Shown here: positions 46,053 through 55,721 of the stretch, one piece after another | How the letters are laid out: each line of letters begins with the position of its first letter | Numbering within the stretch: the first letter of the stretch is position 1 | Source: Candidatus Sericytochromatia bacterium | GTDB lineage: Bacteria > Cyanobacteriota > Sericytochromatia > S15B-MN24 > JAQBPE01 | Direction: 5' to 3' | DNA: 64,000 bases | Assembly: GCA_035285125.1 (NCBI GenBank) | Contig: JAYKHR010000004.1 | Coordinates: forward strand, 1-64,000 | Notes under the pieces: model-generated | Told to the model about the DNA's origin: nothing | Databases searched by the model: none | Seen by the model: only the letters and a program-made list of their open reading frames with translations | Made by a program: the position numbers and the translations under genes

Positions 46053-46922
46053 TCAGGTCACGAGCCCTTCGAGCTGCTCCCGGTCGACCTCGTAGCGCTC
46101 GTTACAGAAATGGCACCGCACCTCGGCCCGACCGTCCGTGACGATCATATCCCGGAGCTCGTCGGGGCCTAGCAGGCGCAGCGCATTCAGCACGCGGTCA
46201 AGATCGCAGTGGCAGTTGAACCGGACGCCGAGGTCCTCCTGGAGGATCTCGACGTTGAAGCCCTCGAGCGCCCGCTCGAGGACCTGCACGAGCGAGAGGT
46301 GGGCCTGGGCCATCTCGGAGAAGGGCGGCAGAGACTGAATGGCCTGCTCCAGCCGCTCGGCAATCTCATCGCCAGCATCGGGCAGCAGCTGTACCAGCAG
46401 CCCCCCTGCGCTGACGACGCGGCCGTGTTCCACGTAGATGCCGAGAGACACTGCCGAGGGGATCTGCTCGGAGTGGGCAAGGTAGGCCGTGATGTCGTCT
46501 GCAATCTCGCCGCTGGTGAGGGCCACGGTGCCCGTGTAGGGCCGCCGCCCGAGGTCGTATGTGACGCTCAGCGTGCCCCTACGGCCGACGGCTCCACCGA
46601 CGTCGAAGTGGCCGTCCGAGCGGGGCGGCAGCTCGACCGCGGGGTTGCCCACGTAGCCGCGCACGGTGCCGTCCGTGCCGGCGTCCACGAAGATGCCGCC
46701 AATGGGGCCGCCGCCGCCTAACCGCATGTTGAGACGCCCGGACTTGCGCAGGGTGGCGGCGAGCAGCAAGGTGCCCGTCATCGCCTTTCCCATGGCCGCC
46801 GCAGCGGTGGACGAGAGGTCGTGGCGGACCCGGGCCTCCTCGGCGAGGTCCGTGGTGCGGATCGCGACGGCCCGGATACGGCCCCCGGCCGCCGTGGCCT
46901 TGACGAGGTGGTCCCGGATCAT
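46053..46922 (-). CDS. hslO: Hsp33 redox-regulated chaperone
   Basis: [40 protein letters not shown]...CHFC zinc motif. Confidence 0.95.
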   Translation of the reverse strand: MIRDHLVKATAAGGRIRAVAIRTTDLAEEARVRHDLSSTAAAAMGKAMTGTLLLAATLRKSGRLNMRLGGGGPIGGIFVDAGTDGTVRGYVGNPAVELPPRSDGHFDVGGAVGRRGTLSVTYDLGRRPYTGTVALTSGEIADDITAYLAHSEQIPSAVSLGIYVEHGRVVSAGGLLVQLLPDAGDEIAERLEQAIQSLPPFSEMAQAHLSLVQVLERALEGFNVEILQEDLGVRFNCHCDLDRVLNALRLLGPDELRDMIVTDGRAEVRCHFCNERYEVDREQLEGLVT

Positions 46923-47428
46923 CCCCGCCCCCTGCCCCGGGCAGGCGTGGGCTTGACGGTGGCCGTCAGGCCGACCACCAGGTTGGCCATCTCGATGGCC
47001 GTCACGCCGGCCTCCCATCCCTTGTTGCCGCCCTTGGTGCCCGCCCGCTCGATGGCCTGCTCGATGGTGTCCGTCGTCAGCACCCCGAAGACGATCGGCA
47101 CGCCGGTGCCGAGCGTCGCGTTCTGCACGCCCTTTGCAGCCTCACCCGCCACGTAGTCGAAGTGGGGGGTGGCGCCGCGGATGACGGCCCCGAGCGTCGC
47201 GACGGCGGCGTAGCGGCCAGAGGCGGCCACCTTTTGCGCGAGCAGGGGGATCTCGAAGGCGCCTGGCACCCAGTACACGTCGATGTCGTCGCTGCTGCCG
47301 CCGTGACGGACGATGGCATCCTCGAAGCCCGACAGCAGACGGGAGCCGATGAGCTCGTTGAAGCGGGCGATCACGACCGCGAAGCGGGTGCCCGGGGCGA
47401 CGACCAGGTGGCCGGAGATGTGCTGCAT
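46919..47428 (-). CDS. ribH: 6,7-dimethyl-8-ribityllumazine synthase
   Basis: [47 protein letters not shown]. Confidence 0.97.
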   Translation of the reverse strand: MQHISGHLVVAPGTRFAVVIARFNELIGSRLLSGFEDAIVRHGGSSDDIDVYWVPGAFEIPLLAQKVAASGRYAAVATLGAVIRGATPHFDYVAGEAAKGVQNATLGTGVPIVFGVLTTDTIEQAIERAGTKGGNKGWEAGVTAIEMANLVVGLTATVKPTPARGRGRG

Positions 47429-47489
47429 GGGGGTTGCTTCCTCCGTCGGGCTGAGGGGCGCCAGGTAGGGGCCTGCAACGCCGTGAATG

Positions 47490-47519
47490 GTTGTAGCTGG
47501 AACCCACCGGACTTGTCAA
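47490..47519 (-). promoter_or_regulatory. sigma70-type promoter for ribH-hslO
   Basis: TTGACA-N18-TACAAC on the minus strand about 60 nt upstream of ribH. Confidence 0.55.
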
Positions 47520-47698
47520 AACGAGAGGGCTGAAATCCGCGCCTCACCGTCACGAGCCGGCCCATCTCATGCTATGATGACGAGGGATCCGGGGGAGGCC
47601 ATTTCGTGCCTCGCGTCGAGGCAGTGCTGCCACGACCGGGTCTTCACGCCGTCGCCTCCCGGGGCCAGACCCGGGAGGGCCGCTTCCCGCCAGAGCCC

Positions 47699-49054
47699 AT
47701 GCCCCGGACCCGCACCGCGCCCAACCAGATGATCCGGCCGATGACGAGCTCCCGCAACGGGCTGGGCGAACTCGTTATCGGCGGCTGCACGGCGCGCGAC
47801 CTCGTCCGCGTCCACGGCACGCCCCTGCTCGTGCTCGACGAGGAGACCATCCGCGTCGCGTGCCGGGCCTACGTCGAGGCACTTGGGGCCCACTACCCGC
47901 CCGGCGGCCGGGTGCTCTACGCCAGCAAGGCCCTCGCCGTGATGGCCGTCCATGCGCTGGTGCACCAGGAAGGGCTGGGCCTCGATGTCGTCTCGGCGGG
48001 CGAACTGCACACGGCCCTGAAGGCCGGCGTACCCGCCTCGGCCTGCGTGTTGCAGGGCAATAACAAGACGCCCGAGGAGTTGCTTGGCGCCCTCTCGGTC
48101 GGCATCGGCCGCATCAACGTGGACAACCTCGACGAGCTGCGGCTGCTGCTCGCCCTCACAGACATCCACGGCCACACCGTGGACGTCCTCCTGCGCGTCG
48201 CCCCCGGCATCGAGGCCCACACGCACGAGTTCATCCGCACGGGCCAGGAGGACTCCAAGTTCGGCCTCGACCTGCGCAGCGGCCAGCTCGACACTGCGCT
48301 CCGGCTGCTCGCCGGGCAGTCGCGCGTCCGGTGGCTGGGGCTCCAGGCCCACATCGGCTCCCAGATCTTCGACTCGAGCGCCTTCGAGCGCACGGCCGAG
48401 GTGATGGTCGCGCTGCTGGCCGAGCTGCGCGACCGCCACGGCGTCGTCGCCGAAGAGCTCGACCTGGGGGGCGGGCTGGGCATCCCCTACGTCCCGACCG
48501 ACGACCCGCCCTCGATCGACGAGACGGTGGCCTGCGCGGCCCGGGCCGTCCTGGCCGCCTGCGACGCCCACGGTTACCCGGCCCCGCGCCTGGTCATGGA
48601 GCCAGGCCGCTCCATCGTCGGGCCCGCGGGCGTCAGCCTCTACACCGTCGGGGCCCGCAAGGAGGTGCCCGGCGTGCGGACGTACGTGGCCATCGACGGC
48701 GGCATGGGCGACAACCCGCGCCCGATCACCTACGGGGCCGTCTACACGGCCGAGCCGGCAGGGCCCGCGCTCGAGGCCGAGGAGACCGTGACGATCGCCG
48801 GGCGCTACTGCGAGTCGGGCGACGTGCTCATCCACGACATTCGCCTGCCCAAGCTGCGGGCGGGCGACCTGCTCGCCGTGTTCGGGACGGGCGCCTACAC
48901 CTACGCGATGGCCAGCCAGTATAACCGCTGCGGCAGGCCCGCCGTCGTGCTGGTCGGGCAGGGCCACGCCGAGGTCATCTGTGCCCGGGAGACGCTCGAC
49001 GACCTCGTGCGCCTCGACCGGCTGCCGGCCAGGCTGCGGGGGCCAGCGCCGTGA
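47699..49054 (+). CDS. lysA: Diaminopimelate decarboxylase
   Basis: YASKA PLP lysine, DSKFG, HIGSQI, LDLGGG, EPGRSIV, GRYCESGD; start uncertain. Confidence 0.96.
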   Translation: MPRTRTAPNQMIRPMTSSRNGLGELVIGGCTARDLVRVHGTPLLVLDEETIRVACRAYVEALGAHYPPGGRVLYASKALAVMAVHALVHQEGLGLDVVSAGELHTALKAGVPASACVLQGNNKTPEELLGALSVGIGRINVDNLDELRLLLALTDIHGHTVDVLLRVAPGIEAHTHEFIRTGQEDSKFGLDLRSGQLDTALRLLAGQSRVRWLGLQAHIGSQIFDSSAFERTAEVMVALLAELRDRHGVVAEELDLGGGLGIPYVPTDDPPSIDETVACAARAVLAACDAHGYPAPRLVMEPGRSIVGPAGVSLYTVGARKEVPGVRTYVAIDGGMGDNPRPITYGAVYTAEPAGPALEAEETVTIAGRYCESGDVLIHDIRLPKLRAGDLLAVFGTGAYTYAMASQYNRCGRPAVVLVGQGHAEVICARETLDDLVRLDRLPARLRGPAP

Positions 49055-49941
49055 GCCCCAGCCCCGCCATCACCCAGTTCCTGGCGAGCCTTCGCTGGCA
49101 GGACATCCTCGACATCCTGCTGGTCAGCTTCGTGCTGTACAGATTCTTCCTGCTGATCAAGGGCACCCGGGCCGTCCAGCTGCTGCGCGGGATGCTGCTG
49201 CTGCTGCTGGCCTACCTCGTCAGCCACGCCCTCGGGCTCAACACGATCACGTGGCTCGTGCAGAGCACCGCGACGATGATCATCGTCGCCATCCCCGTGG
49301 TGTTCCAGCCGGAGCTACGCCGGGCCCTGGCCCACATCGGGCAGGGCGAGCTGTTCCGAGGTGGCGAGCTGCTGTTCCAGCGCCGCAGCGTGAGCACGCC
49401 GGAGGTGCTCGACGAGGTGATGGGTGCCGTGAAGTTCCTGTCCCGCCAGAAAATCGGGGCGCTCATCATCCTCGAGCGCAATACCGGGCTCAACGAGTTC
49501 ATCGAGACGGGGACGCCGCTCGATGCGCTCGTGACGACGGACCTGCTCGGCACCATCTTCGTGCCCGCCTCGCCGCTCCATGACGGCGCCGTCATCATCC
49601 AGAGCGACCGCATCGCCGCAGCGGGCGCCGTGTTGCCCCTCTCGGAGGGCATGCGCCGCGGGAGCCCCGGCGGCAGCGGCAAGCGCCAGGTCGGAACGCG
49701 CCACCGAGCTGCCATCGGCCTCACCGAGACCACCGACGCGATCGCCGTCGTCGTCTCCGAGGAGACGGGCACGGTGTCGGTGGCGAGCGGCGGCCAACTC
49801 CGCCGCCACCTGACGGAGGAGGCCCTGAAGGACCTGCTCGCGGGCGCCTTCACCCAGGTGCGCCGCCCCGCCCACACCCAGCCCCTCACGATGCTGTTGC
49901 GCAGGCCCCATGCAGCCGAAGAACTCACCACCCCCCACTAG
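49051..49941 (+). CDS. cdaA: Membrane diadenylate cyclase CdaA
   Basis: Three N-terminal TMs, VVFQPELRRAL, PLHDGA and GTRHRAAIG DAC motifs. Confidence 0.95.
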   Translation: MSPSPAITQFLASLRWQDILDILLVSFVLYRFFLLIKGTRAVQLLRGMLLLLLAYLVSHALGLNTITWLVQSTATMIIVAIPVVFQPELRRALAHIGQGELFRGGELLFQRRSVSTPEVLDEVMGAVKFLSRQKIGALIILERNTGLNEFIETGTPLDALVTTDLLGTIFVPASPLHDGAVIIQSDRIAAAGAVLPLSEGMRRGSPGGSGKRQVGTRHRAAIGLTETTDAIAVVVSEETGTVSVASGGQLRRHLTEEALKDLLAGAFTQVRRPAHTQPLTMLLRRPHAAEELTTPH

Positions 49942-50311
49942 CGCGGCCCCCGCGCAGCAGAGCAACTGGCCCTTCCTGGTCATCGCGGTGCTGATGGCCG
50001 TGGTGCTGTGGCTCTTCGTGCGCACGGGCGCCCAGCCGGCGACGCAGCGCACGGTGCTGGCGACGGTGTCCATGACGGCGGGTGGCCCCGGCCTGGTCGT
50101 CTCCCCCCCGCGGGTCGAGGTTCGGCTCGAGGGAGCGGGCGGTGCCGTCGAGCAACTCAAGCCCGAAGACCTCGACGTGGTGGTCGACCTGACTGGACAC
50201 AGGGAGGGAGACCTGATACCGTTGACGGTCGTTCCCCCGCAAGGGCTCAAGGTTTTGGGGACGAACGTCAGCCAAGTGCGCGTCGTGCGCCCGGTCTCCC
50301 CCGGCCCGTGA
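49910..50311 (+). CDS. Short CdaR/YbbR-like membrane protein
   Basis: NWPFLVIAVLMAVVLWLFV anchor and VEVRLEG...LDVVVDLTG...VVPPQG YbbR-like segment directly after cdaA. Confidence 0.7.
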   Translation: MQPKNSPPPTSAAPAQQSNWPFLVIAVLMAVVLWLFVRTGAQPATQRTVLATVSMTAGGPGLVVSPPRVEVRLEGAGGAVEQLKPEDLDVVVDLTGHREGDLIPLTVVPPQGLKVLGTNVSQVRVVRPVSPGP

Positions 50312-50328
50312 TCGAGCCTCCTGCCGCG

Positions 50329-51102
50329 ATGTCCAACGACGCCCCTCAGCACGCCTGGCCCGGCCTTGACCGCGAGCGCCTGCCTCGTCACGTCGCGGTG
50401 ATCATGGACGGCAACCGCCGCTGGGCGAAGCGCAAGCTGCTGGGCGGCTTCCAAGGCCACCGCGCCGGCGTCGAGACCGTTCGCACGCTGGTGCGCCTGT
50501 GCCGCGAGGTCGGCATCCCCCACCTCACGCTGTACGCGTTCTCCACCGAGAACTGGCAGCGTTCCGAGGAAGAGGTCTCGTTCCTGATGACCCTCTTCGA
50601 AGAGGTGATCCAGCGGGAGCTCGCTGACCTGCACCGCAACCAGGTCCGGCTGCGCTTCATCGGCGAGGTGGCGGGCCTGCCGCAGACCTTGCAGCGCCAC
50701 ATCCGGCATGCCGAGGACCACACGGCGCACAACGAGGGGCTGACGCTCAACATCGCCACCAACTACGGCGCGCGGCGCGAGCTCGTGCGGGCGGCCCAGC
50801 GGCTGGCCCAGCGCGTGCAGGCTGGCGACATGGCGCCCGAGGCCATCGACGAGGCCGCCATCGCAGCCGAGCTGCACACCGCCGGCCAGCCAGACCCGGA
50901 CCTCCTCATTCGCACGAGCGGCGAGGCGAGGCTCAGCAACTTCCTGCTGTGGCAGCTGGCCTACACCGAGCTCTACCTGACGGACGTGCTCTGGCCTGAG
51001 TTCCGGCAGCCCCACTTCCTCGACGCCCTGCTGAGCTACCAGGCCCGCGAGCGTCGCTTCGGCGGCACGGGCGGCGCCGCGCAGATCGCGGCAGCCCGCT
51101 GA
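50329..51102 (+). CDS. uppS: Undecaprenyl diphosphate synthase
   Basis: PRHVAVIMDGNRRWA, YAFSTENWQR, PDLLIRTSGEARLSNFLLWQ. Confidence 0.97.
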   Translation: MSNDAPQHAWPGLDRERLPRHVAVIMDGNRRWAKRKLLGGFQGHRAGVETVRTLVRLCREVGIPHLTLYAFSTENWQRSEEEVSFLMTLFEEVIQRELADLHRNQVRLRFIGEVAGLPQTLQRHIRHAEDHTAHNEGLTLNIATNYGARRELVRAAQRLAQRVQAGDMAPEAIDEAAIAAELHTAGQPDPDLLIRTSGEARLSNFLLWQLAYTELYLTDVLWPEFRQPHFLDALLSYQARERRFGGTGGAAQIAAAR

Positions 51103-51109
51103 GGCCCTG

Positions 51110-52129
51110 ATGGCCAGGGGTCCAGCCCAGGTCCACCTGCTACACGGCGACGACGCCTACGCGATGTCGGAGGCGCGCAAGCGCCTGGAAGCGGCCGTCC
51201 TGGACCCGACGTGGCGCGAGTTCAACCTCACGGTGTTCGGCCCGGACGCGAGCCCCAACCAGGTGCTGGGGGCCCTCCAGACGATGCCGTTCGGTGCCGG
51301 GGGCCGCCTGGTGGTGGTCAAGGATGCCCCCTGGCTGGCCGGCAAGGTCGAGGAGGCGGGCGTCGAGGCGCTCGAGCAGGCACTGAGCCAGCAACCGGTG
51401 GGCTGGGCACCGCAGGCGCACCTGCTGCTGCTCGCCACCAAGGCGGACAAGCGCTTGAAGCTGATCAAGGCCATCGCGGCGGCCGGGCAGGTCACGGAGC
51501 TGTCCGAGGTCAAGCCCTGGCAGGTGGAGGAGCGGCTCGGGCCCTGGGTGCACGAGCTGGCGGGCTCCCTGGGACGCCGCATCACGCCCGACGCGGTGTC
51601 CGCCCTCCTGCTGGCGACGGGGGCCGATCGCCGGCGCATCCACTCCGAGCTGGAGAAGCTCGCGGCCGGGGCGCCAGACGCAGCGCCCATCACGGCGGGA
51701 CTGGTGCAGGAGCTGGTCCAGCAGCACGACGTTGCCATCTTCGCGCTGACGGACGCGCTGGCGCGGCGGCGAGCCGGCGACGCACTGGTGGCGCTCCAGG
51801 CGCTGCTGGTGACGGAACACCCGCTCAAGGTGGTGAGCGCCGCCGCCACCATCCTCCGGGGCTGGGCACGCCTCAAGCAGCTGCAAGAGCGGGGCCTGCG
51901 GCCGGAGCAGATCGCCCGGGAGCTGGGCGCGAACTCCGACTTCAAGGTGCGCAAGGACCTCGGGCTCCTCACGGCCTGGCGCGCCGTCGAACTCGACGCG
52001 GCGCTCGACGCGCTGCTGGGGGTCGATCTGGCGATCAAAGCGGGGCGCTGGCCTCCGGAGGCCCACGGCGTGCTGCTGACACGCGCCGTGGCCGCCATGC
52101 TCACATCGTCGGGCGCGCGGCCGGGGTAG
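51110..52129 (+). CDS. holA: DNA polymerase III subunit delta
   Basis: LLHGDDAY, TMPFGAGGRLVVVK, DKRLK, SELEKL, IFALTDAL, DLAIKAG. Confidence 0.85.
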   Translation: MARGPAQVHLLHGDDAYAMSEARKRLEAAVLDPTWREFNLTVFGPDASPNQVLGALQTMPFGAGGRLVVVKDAPWLAGKVEEAGVEALEQALSQQPVGWAPQAHLLLLATKADKRLKLIKAIAAAGQVTELSEVKPWQVEERLGPWVHELAGSLGRRITPDAVSALLLATGADRRRIHSELEKLAAGAPDAAPITAGLVQELVQQHDVAIFALTDALARRRAGDALVALQALLVTEHPLKVVSAAATILRGWARLKQLQERGLRPEQIARELGANSDFKVRKDLGLLTAWRAVELDAALDALLGVDLAIKAGRWPPEAHGVLLTRAVAAMLTSSGARPG

Positions 52130-52162
52130 AATGGGGAAGTCCCCCGCTGCCCCGGAGCCCCG

Positions 52163-52741
52163 ATGAGCCCCCGCAACCGAGACGCCTCCCCCGACGCCCC
52201 CCACGACCTCGACGCGCTGGTCGCCACGGTCGGGCAGCTGTCCGAGCAGCTGGCCCAGGCCGAGGCGCGCCTGCGTGAAATGGGCATCGCCGATGCCACC
52301 ACGGGGCTGTTCAGCTACCGCTACTTCCTCGGCCGGATGGCCGAGGAAGTGGCCCGCGCGGATCGCTTCAACCTCGAGGTGAGCTGCCTGATGTTCGGGC
52401 TGGACCAGCCCAGCTTCGAGGGGTTGCTGGAGGTCGCGGGCCGCCTGAGGGAGGCCTGCCGGCAGTACGACATCCCCGCGCGCTGGGGCAAGCACGAGCT
52501 GGTCATGCTGCTGCCCGCCACGGACCTGGACGGTGCCCAGACCTTCGCCGAACGGTTCCGCCTGCAGGTCGCCGAGGCCTACAGCGACCACGAGAGCCTC
52601 CAGGGCCTGACGCTCTCCATCGGCCTCGCCACCTACCCGCGCACGGGCGTCGAGGACGCGGAGCAGCTGCTCGCGGCCTGCGACGAAGCAGCCTTCCGGG
52701 CCCGCGGCGAGGGTGGCAACCGCACCGTCATCCGGCGCTGA
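52163..52741 (+). CDS. Coiled-coil plus degenerate GGDEF domain protein
   Basis: DATTGLF, RQYD I-site, RWGKHEL in place of RxGGDEF, LTLSIGLA, GGNR. Confidence 0.82.
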   Translation: MSPRNRDASPDAPHDLDALVATVGQLSEQLAQAEARLREMGIADATTGLFSYRYFLGRMAEEVARADRFNLEVSCLMFGLDQPSFEGLLEVAGRLREACRQYDIPARWGKHELVMLLPATDLDGAQTFAERFRLQVAEAYSDHESLQGLTLSIGLATYPRTGVEDAEQLLAACDEAAFRARGEGGNRTVIRR

Positions 52742-52749
52742 GGCCTTCG

Positions 52750-54369
52750 CTACCGGGGCTCCACACGCACGTTGTCGTGCGCCACGATGTTGCCAGCCCC
52801 CCGCAACGCCAGCCAGTGGGGCCGCTGCGTGAGCATCGGGACGCTCAGCGTCGCGAGGGAGACACCGTCGAGGAACACCCGCGTGCGTCCCGTCGTGCAG
52901 TCGACCTCCGCCCCGAGGCGCCGCTTCTGGCCGGCGCTCGTGGCCACGGGCGTCGCGAACAGCCGGGCCCAGCCCCGCGACTGGAACGGCGCCGCGTTCG
53001 TGGCGGCCCAGACCTCGTACCACGTCGGCTTGATGAGCACCTCGAGGTAGTTCACGGGGTCGAGGTAGTACACCTGCGTTCCCTGGTCCCCCGTGGGGCT
53101 GTAGGTGTAGCTGCGCAGCGGCGTGACGTCGAGCTCGGTGAAGTACCGGGCGGGCAGCAGGCCGTCCGAGGTGCCGAAAGCGGTCCCCCGGTAGCGTCGG
53201 AAGCTCAGGTAGGCCAAGTTGGCCAGCCCGTCATGCAGGTACTGCCGGCTGCCGGCGTGATCCACGACACGCCAGCGAACGGCAGGCATCCAGTCATATG
53301 AGAAGCCCTCGGCGCGCGGGTCGACGAAATCGCCCGGGTCGCTGCCGAGCGCATCGGCGTCGAAGTGGCGCAGCCACGGGCTGCTCGCCCCGGAGGGAGT
53401 TGGCGTCGGCGAGGGGGTCATGCTCGGCGGGGACGTCGGCGCCACGCTGGCAGTGGGCGTGGGGGATGCCCCCGGCGACGAGGGCTCGACGGCAAGGGAG
53501 AACACGCTGAAACGCCCCTCCGGCGTCACGGCGTCGTTGGTGAAGGCCAGCCTGACGTGGCGAGCCGTCACGGGGGCGAGCAGCGGCTTGCGCTCGGCGA
53601 ACCAGCTCGTGTTGCGCAGCGGGCCCGTGGCAGGCGTCCACGTGACGCCATCCGACGAGGTCTCCACGCGGAATGTGGCGCCCCCCGTGAAGGGCCTCAG
53701 CTTGACCGTGACCGCGTCCATCACGCGCGGCGCGCCGACGTCGACGGCCAGCCAGGCGGCGGCCGGACGCCACTCGGCACACGCCCACTGGGTGGCCGCA
53801 TCACCGTCGATCGCCCGGTCGGGGAGCAGCGCGCCGTAGCTGCTGCTGGCGGTGGCGACGCCGCCGGCCACCTGGGCCAGCGCAAAGGGCTGAGGTGGGG
53901 GGCCTTCCGGGGGCGCGAGGGCGAGCGTGAGGGAGAACTCGAAGCCGTCCCCCGTCGGGTTGTCGAAGGTCAGCTCCGCCTGCCGCACCTCGCCAGGCGC
54001 CAGGCGCGGCCAGCGGGCCGGCAGCTCCGAGGCCACCAGCCTTCGCTCGCTCACGCAGACGGGGCTCACCGAGACGGGGGCCCCCCCCACGTGCGTCAGC
54101 TGCACCCGGACCGAGGTGCGCCCCTCGCGCAGGCTGTGGCTCACCTCCTGGGGCTCCACCCAGGCAGCGAGCGCGGCCGATTCCTCGTCCACGGGAAAGG
54201 CGGCGCCGTGCAGTGGGTCGACCCGGAAGCGCAGCTGCGCCTCCTGGGTGGCCTCAGGCGCAGCCAGGGTCAAGGTGGCTGGGGGCGGGTCCCCGACCCG
54301 CCCGGGGGTGAGGGCCTGACAGCCCCCGACGAGCGCGGCGGCAAGCCCCAAACGGATGCCTCGTGTCAT
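52750..54369 (-). CDS. Lipoprotein with discoidin (F5/8 type C) domain and C-terminal beta-sandwich domain
   Basis: Lipobox VGGC; ATASSS...AIDGDAATQW...WLAVDVG...SSDGVTW...ARHVRL; S/P/T linker. Confidence 0.78.
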   Translation of the reverse strand: MTRGIRLGLAAALVGGCQALTPGRVGDPPPATLTLAAPEATQEAQLRFRVDPLHGAAFPVDEESAALAAWVEPQEVSHSLREGRTSVRVQLTHVGGAPVSVSPVCVSERRLVASELPARWPRLAPGEVRQAELTFDNPTGDGFEFSLTLALAPPEGPPPQPFALAQVAGGVATASSSYGALLPDRAIDGDAATQWACAEWRPAAAWLAVDVGAPRVMDAVTVKLRPFTGGATFRVETSSDGVTWTPATGPLRNTSWFAERKPLLAPVTARHVRLAFTNDAVTPEGRFSVFSLAVEPSSPGASPTPTASVAPTSPPSMTPSPTPTPSGASSPWLRHFDADALGSDPGDFVDPRAEGFSYDWMPAVRWRVVDHAGSRQYLHDGLANLAYLSFRRYRGTAFGTSDGLLPARYFTELDVTPLRSYTYSPTGDQGTQVYYLDPVNYLEVLIKPTWYEVWAATNAAPFQSRGWARLFATPVATSAGQKRRLGAEVDCTTGRTRVFLDGVSLATLSVPMLTQRPHWLALRGAGNIVAHDNVRVEPR

Positions 54370-54407
54370 GGCGTGTTCCCTCCTCCCAACGTGTCCCCGG
54401 GCCCGGC

Positions 54408-55526
54408 TCATGGGCCCACCAACTGCACGGCCTGGTAAAGGTTGCCGGCCTCGCCGGCCGGGCCGAGATCCCAGACCAGCCCCCAGAAGTACCGCCGGTC
54501 TGGCTGAAGGGGCGGCGAAGCGCCGGCCCCGTCCCAGATGAAGGTGCGCGGGGCAGGCGGCAGGCGCCCGCTCTGGTAGAGCAACTCGAAGGAGCGGCCC
54601 CCCTGCGAATGAACCCGGAAGCGGTACCCCTCAGGCCGATGGGCCGGGGGCTCCCAGCGGAAGGTCACGGGCCACGTGACGCGGGCATCCATCGAGGGCT
54701 GGTTCAGCATCCCGCGCTGCCCGAGGTCGACGGCAGGGAAGGCCGCGCCCCGCTCACCCGTGACGGGCAGCGAGCGGCTGCGCCAGTAGCCCACACGGTC
54801 GCGCTGGGTGTCGTTGTAGTAGTGCACCATGTAGTCGCCCGGCGGGAGCTCGTCAGCTGAGAAGGCCCCGCTGGCATCCGTGACGAGGGGTTGCTCTTGC
54901 CAGCCCGGGGTCCGCACGAGCGAGAGGCGCACGGGGCCCCCCGGGGGGCGTCCGTTCAGCCGCACCAGGCCGCGCACGGCGGCAGGGGCGGCGGGCGGCA
55001 CCTCCGGCAGGGTGGTGTAGCTCGCGTCGTCCGGCTCGGGCGAGGGGGTCGGCGTAGGGGTAGGGGTGGAGATCGGCGTGGGGGTGGGGGTGGGGGTCGG
55101 CTCGTCATCCGGCGTGGGCGTCGGCTCCGGCTCGTCATCCGGCGTGGGCGTCGGCTCCAGCGTCGGCGTGCCGCTGGGGTCAGGCGTCGGCTCGTCGGCC
55201 GGCGCGGGGGTGGGGGTCGCAGCCGAGGGCCCGGCGACGTTGGGGTCCCGGGAGCCGGCGCCTCCCCCCGTCCCGGCCGGCAACGGGGCAAGCCAGCCCG
55301 GGGGAAGGCCTTGCTCCGCAGCCGGCGGGCCGGGCTCCTCTGGCGTGGGCGCCGCCGCCTCAGGCCCGGCCGGCAGCGGACCAAGCACCGGCGGATCAGC
55401 CTCCAAGGCACGCATCTCGGGCGGCCGCAGCTCCGGCTCGGGCCCCCCCCCGTCCTGCAGCCCACACCCCACCACCAGCACCGCCGCCAGGGAGGGCGGC
55501 ACCGATCGCCAGCCTCGGACGCGCAT
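54408..55526 (-). CDS. Lipoprotein with Pro/Thr/Asp-rich linker and carboxypeptidase-regulatory-like domain
   Basis: AGGAGG RBS; lipobox [12 protein letters not shown] repeats; [18 protein letters not shown] motif. Confidence 0.72.
   Translation of the reverse strand: MRVRGWRSVPPSLAAVLVVGCGLQDGGGPEPELRPPEMRALEADPPVLGPLPAGPEAAAPTPEEPGPPAAEQGLPPGWLAPLPAGTGGGAGSRDPNVAGPSAATPTPAPADEPTPDPSGTPTLEPTPTPDDEPEPTPTPDDEPTPTPTPTPISTPTPTPTPSPEPDDASYTTLPEVPPAAPAAVRGLVRLNGRPPGGPVRLSLVRTPGWQEQPLVTDASGAFSADELPPGDYMVHYYNDTQRDRVGYWRSRSLPVTGERGAAFPAVDLGQRGMLNQPSMDARVTWPVTFRWEPPAHRPEGYRFRVHSQGGRSFELLYQSGRLPPAPRTFIWDGAGASPPLQPDRRYFWGLVWDLGPAGEAGNLYQAVQLVGP
55040..55220 (-). repeat. Coding (PT)n / EPTPTPDD low-complexity repeats
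   Basis: Repeated GGCTCGTCATCCGGCGTGGGCGTC blocks 30 bp apart and GGGGTG runs. Confidence 0.7.
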
Positions 55527-55653
55527 CCGTCGACCTCCTTCACGGCCCCCCGCTTCAGGAGGCGTGGGCCCATTCTGAGCACGGCGCGGCGGACACCTCC
55601 AACGCGGCGTGACCGAACATCCTTGTGGACCATGAACCGGGCGGCCCGGCGCG

Positions 55654-55682
55654 TGGACATTCGCCCGCAGAAGGCCGATAAT
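55654..55682 (+). promoter_or_regulatory. sigma70-type promoter for mrp
   Basis: TGGACA-N17-GATAAT about 40 nt upstream of ATG 55722. Confidence 0.6.
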
Positions 55683-55721
55683 CGTCGTCCTACCCCACTT
55701 TCCAGCTAGAGGAGGCCGCCG

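Noticed and set aside
47429..47490. FMN riboswitch upstream of ribH
   Set aside because: The leader after the predicted promoter is only about 55-60 nt and lacks RFN consensus blocks.
55674..55681. GCCGATAA as a sigma28 -10 element
   Set aside because: No TAAA -35 at the correct spacing; TGGACA-N17-GATAAT fits sigma70 better.
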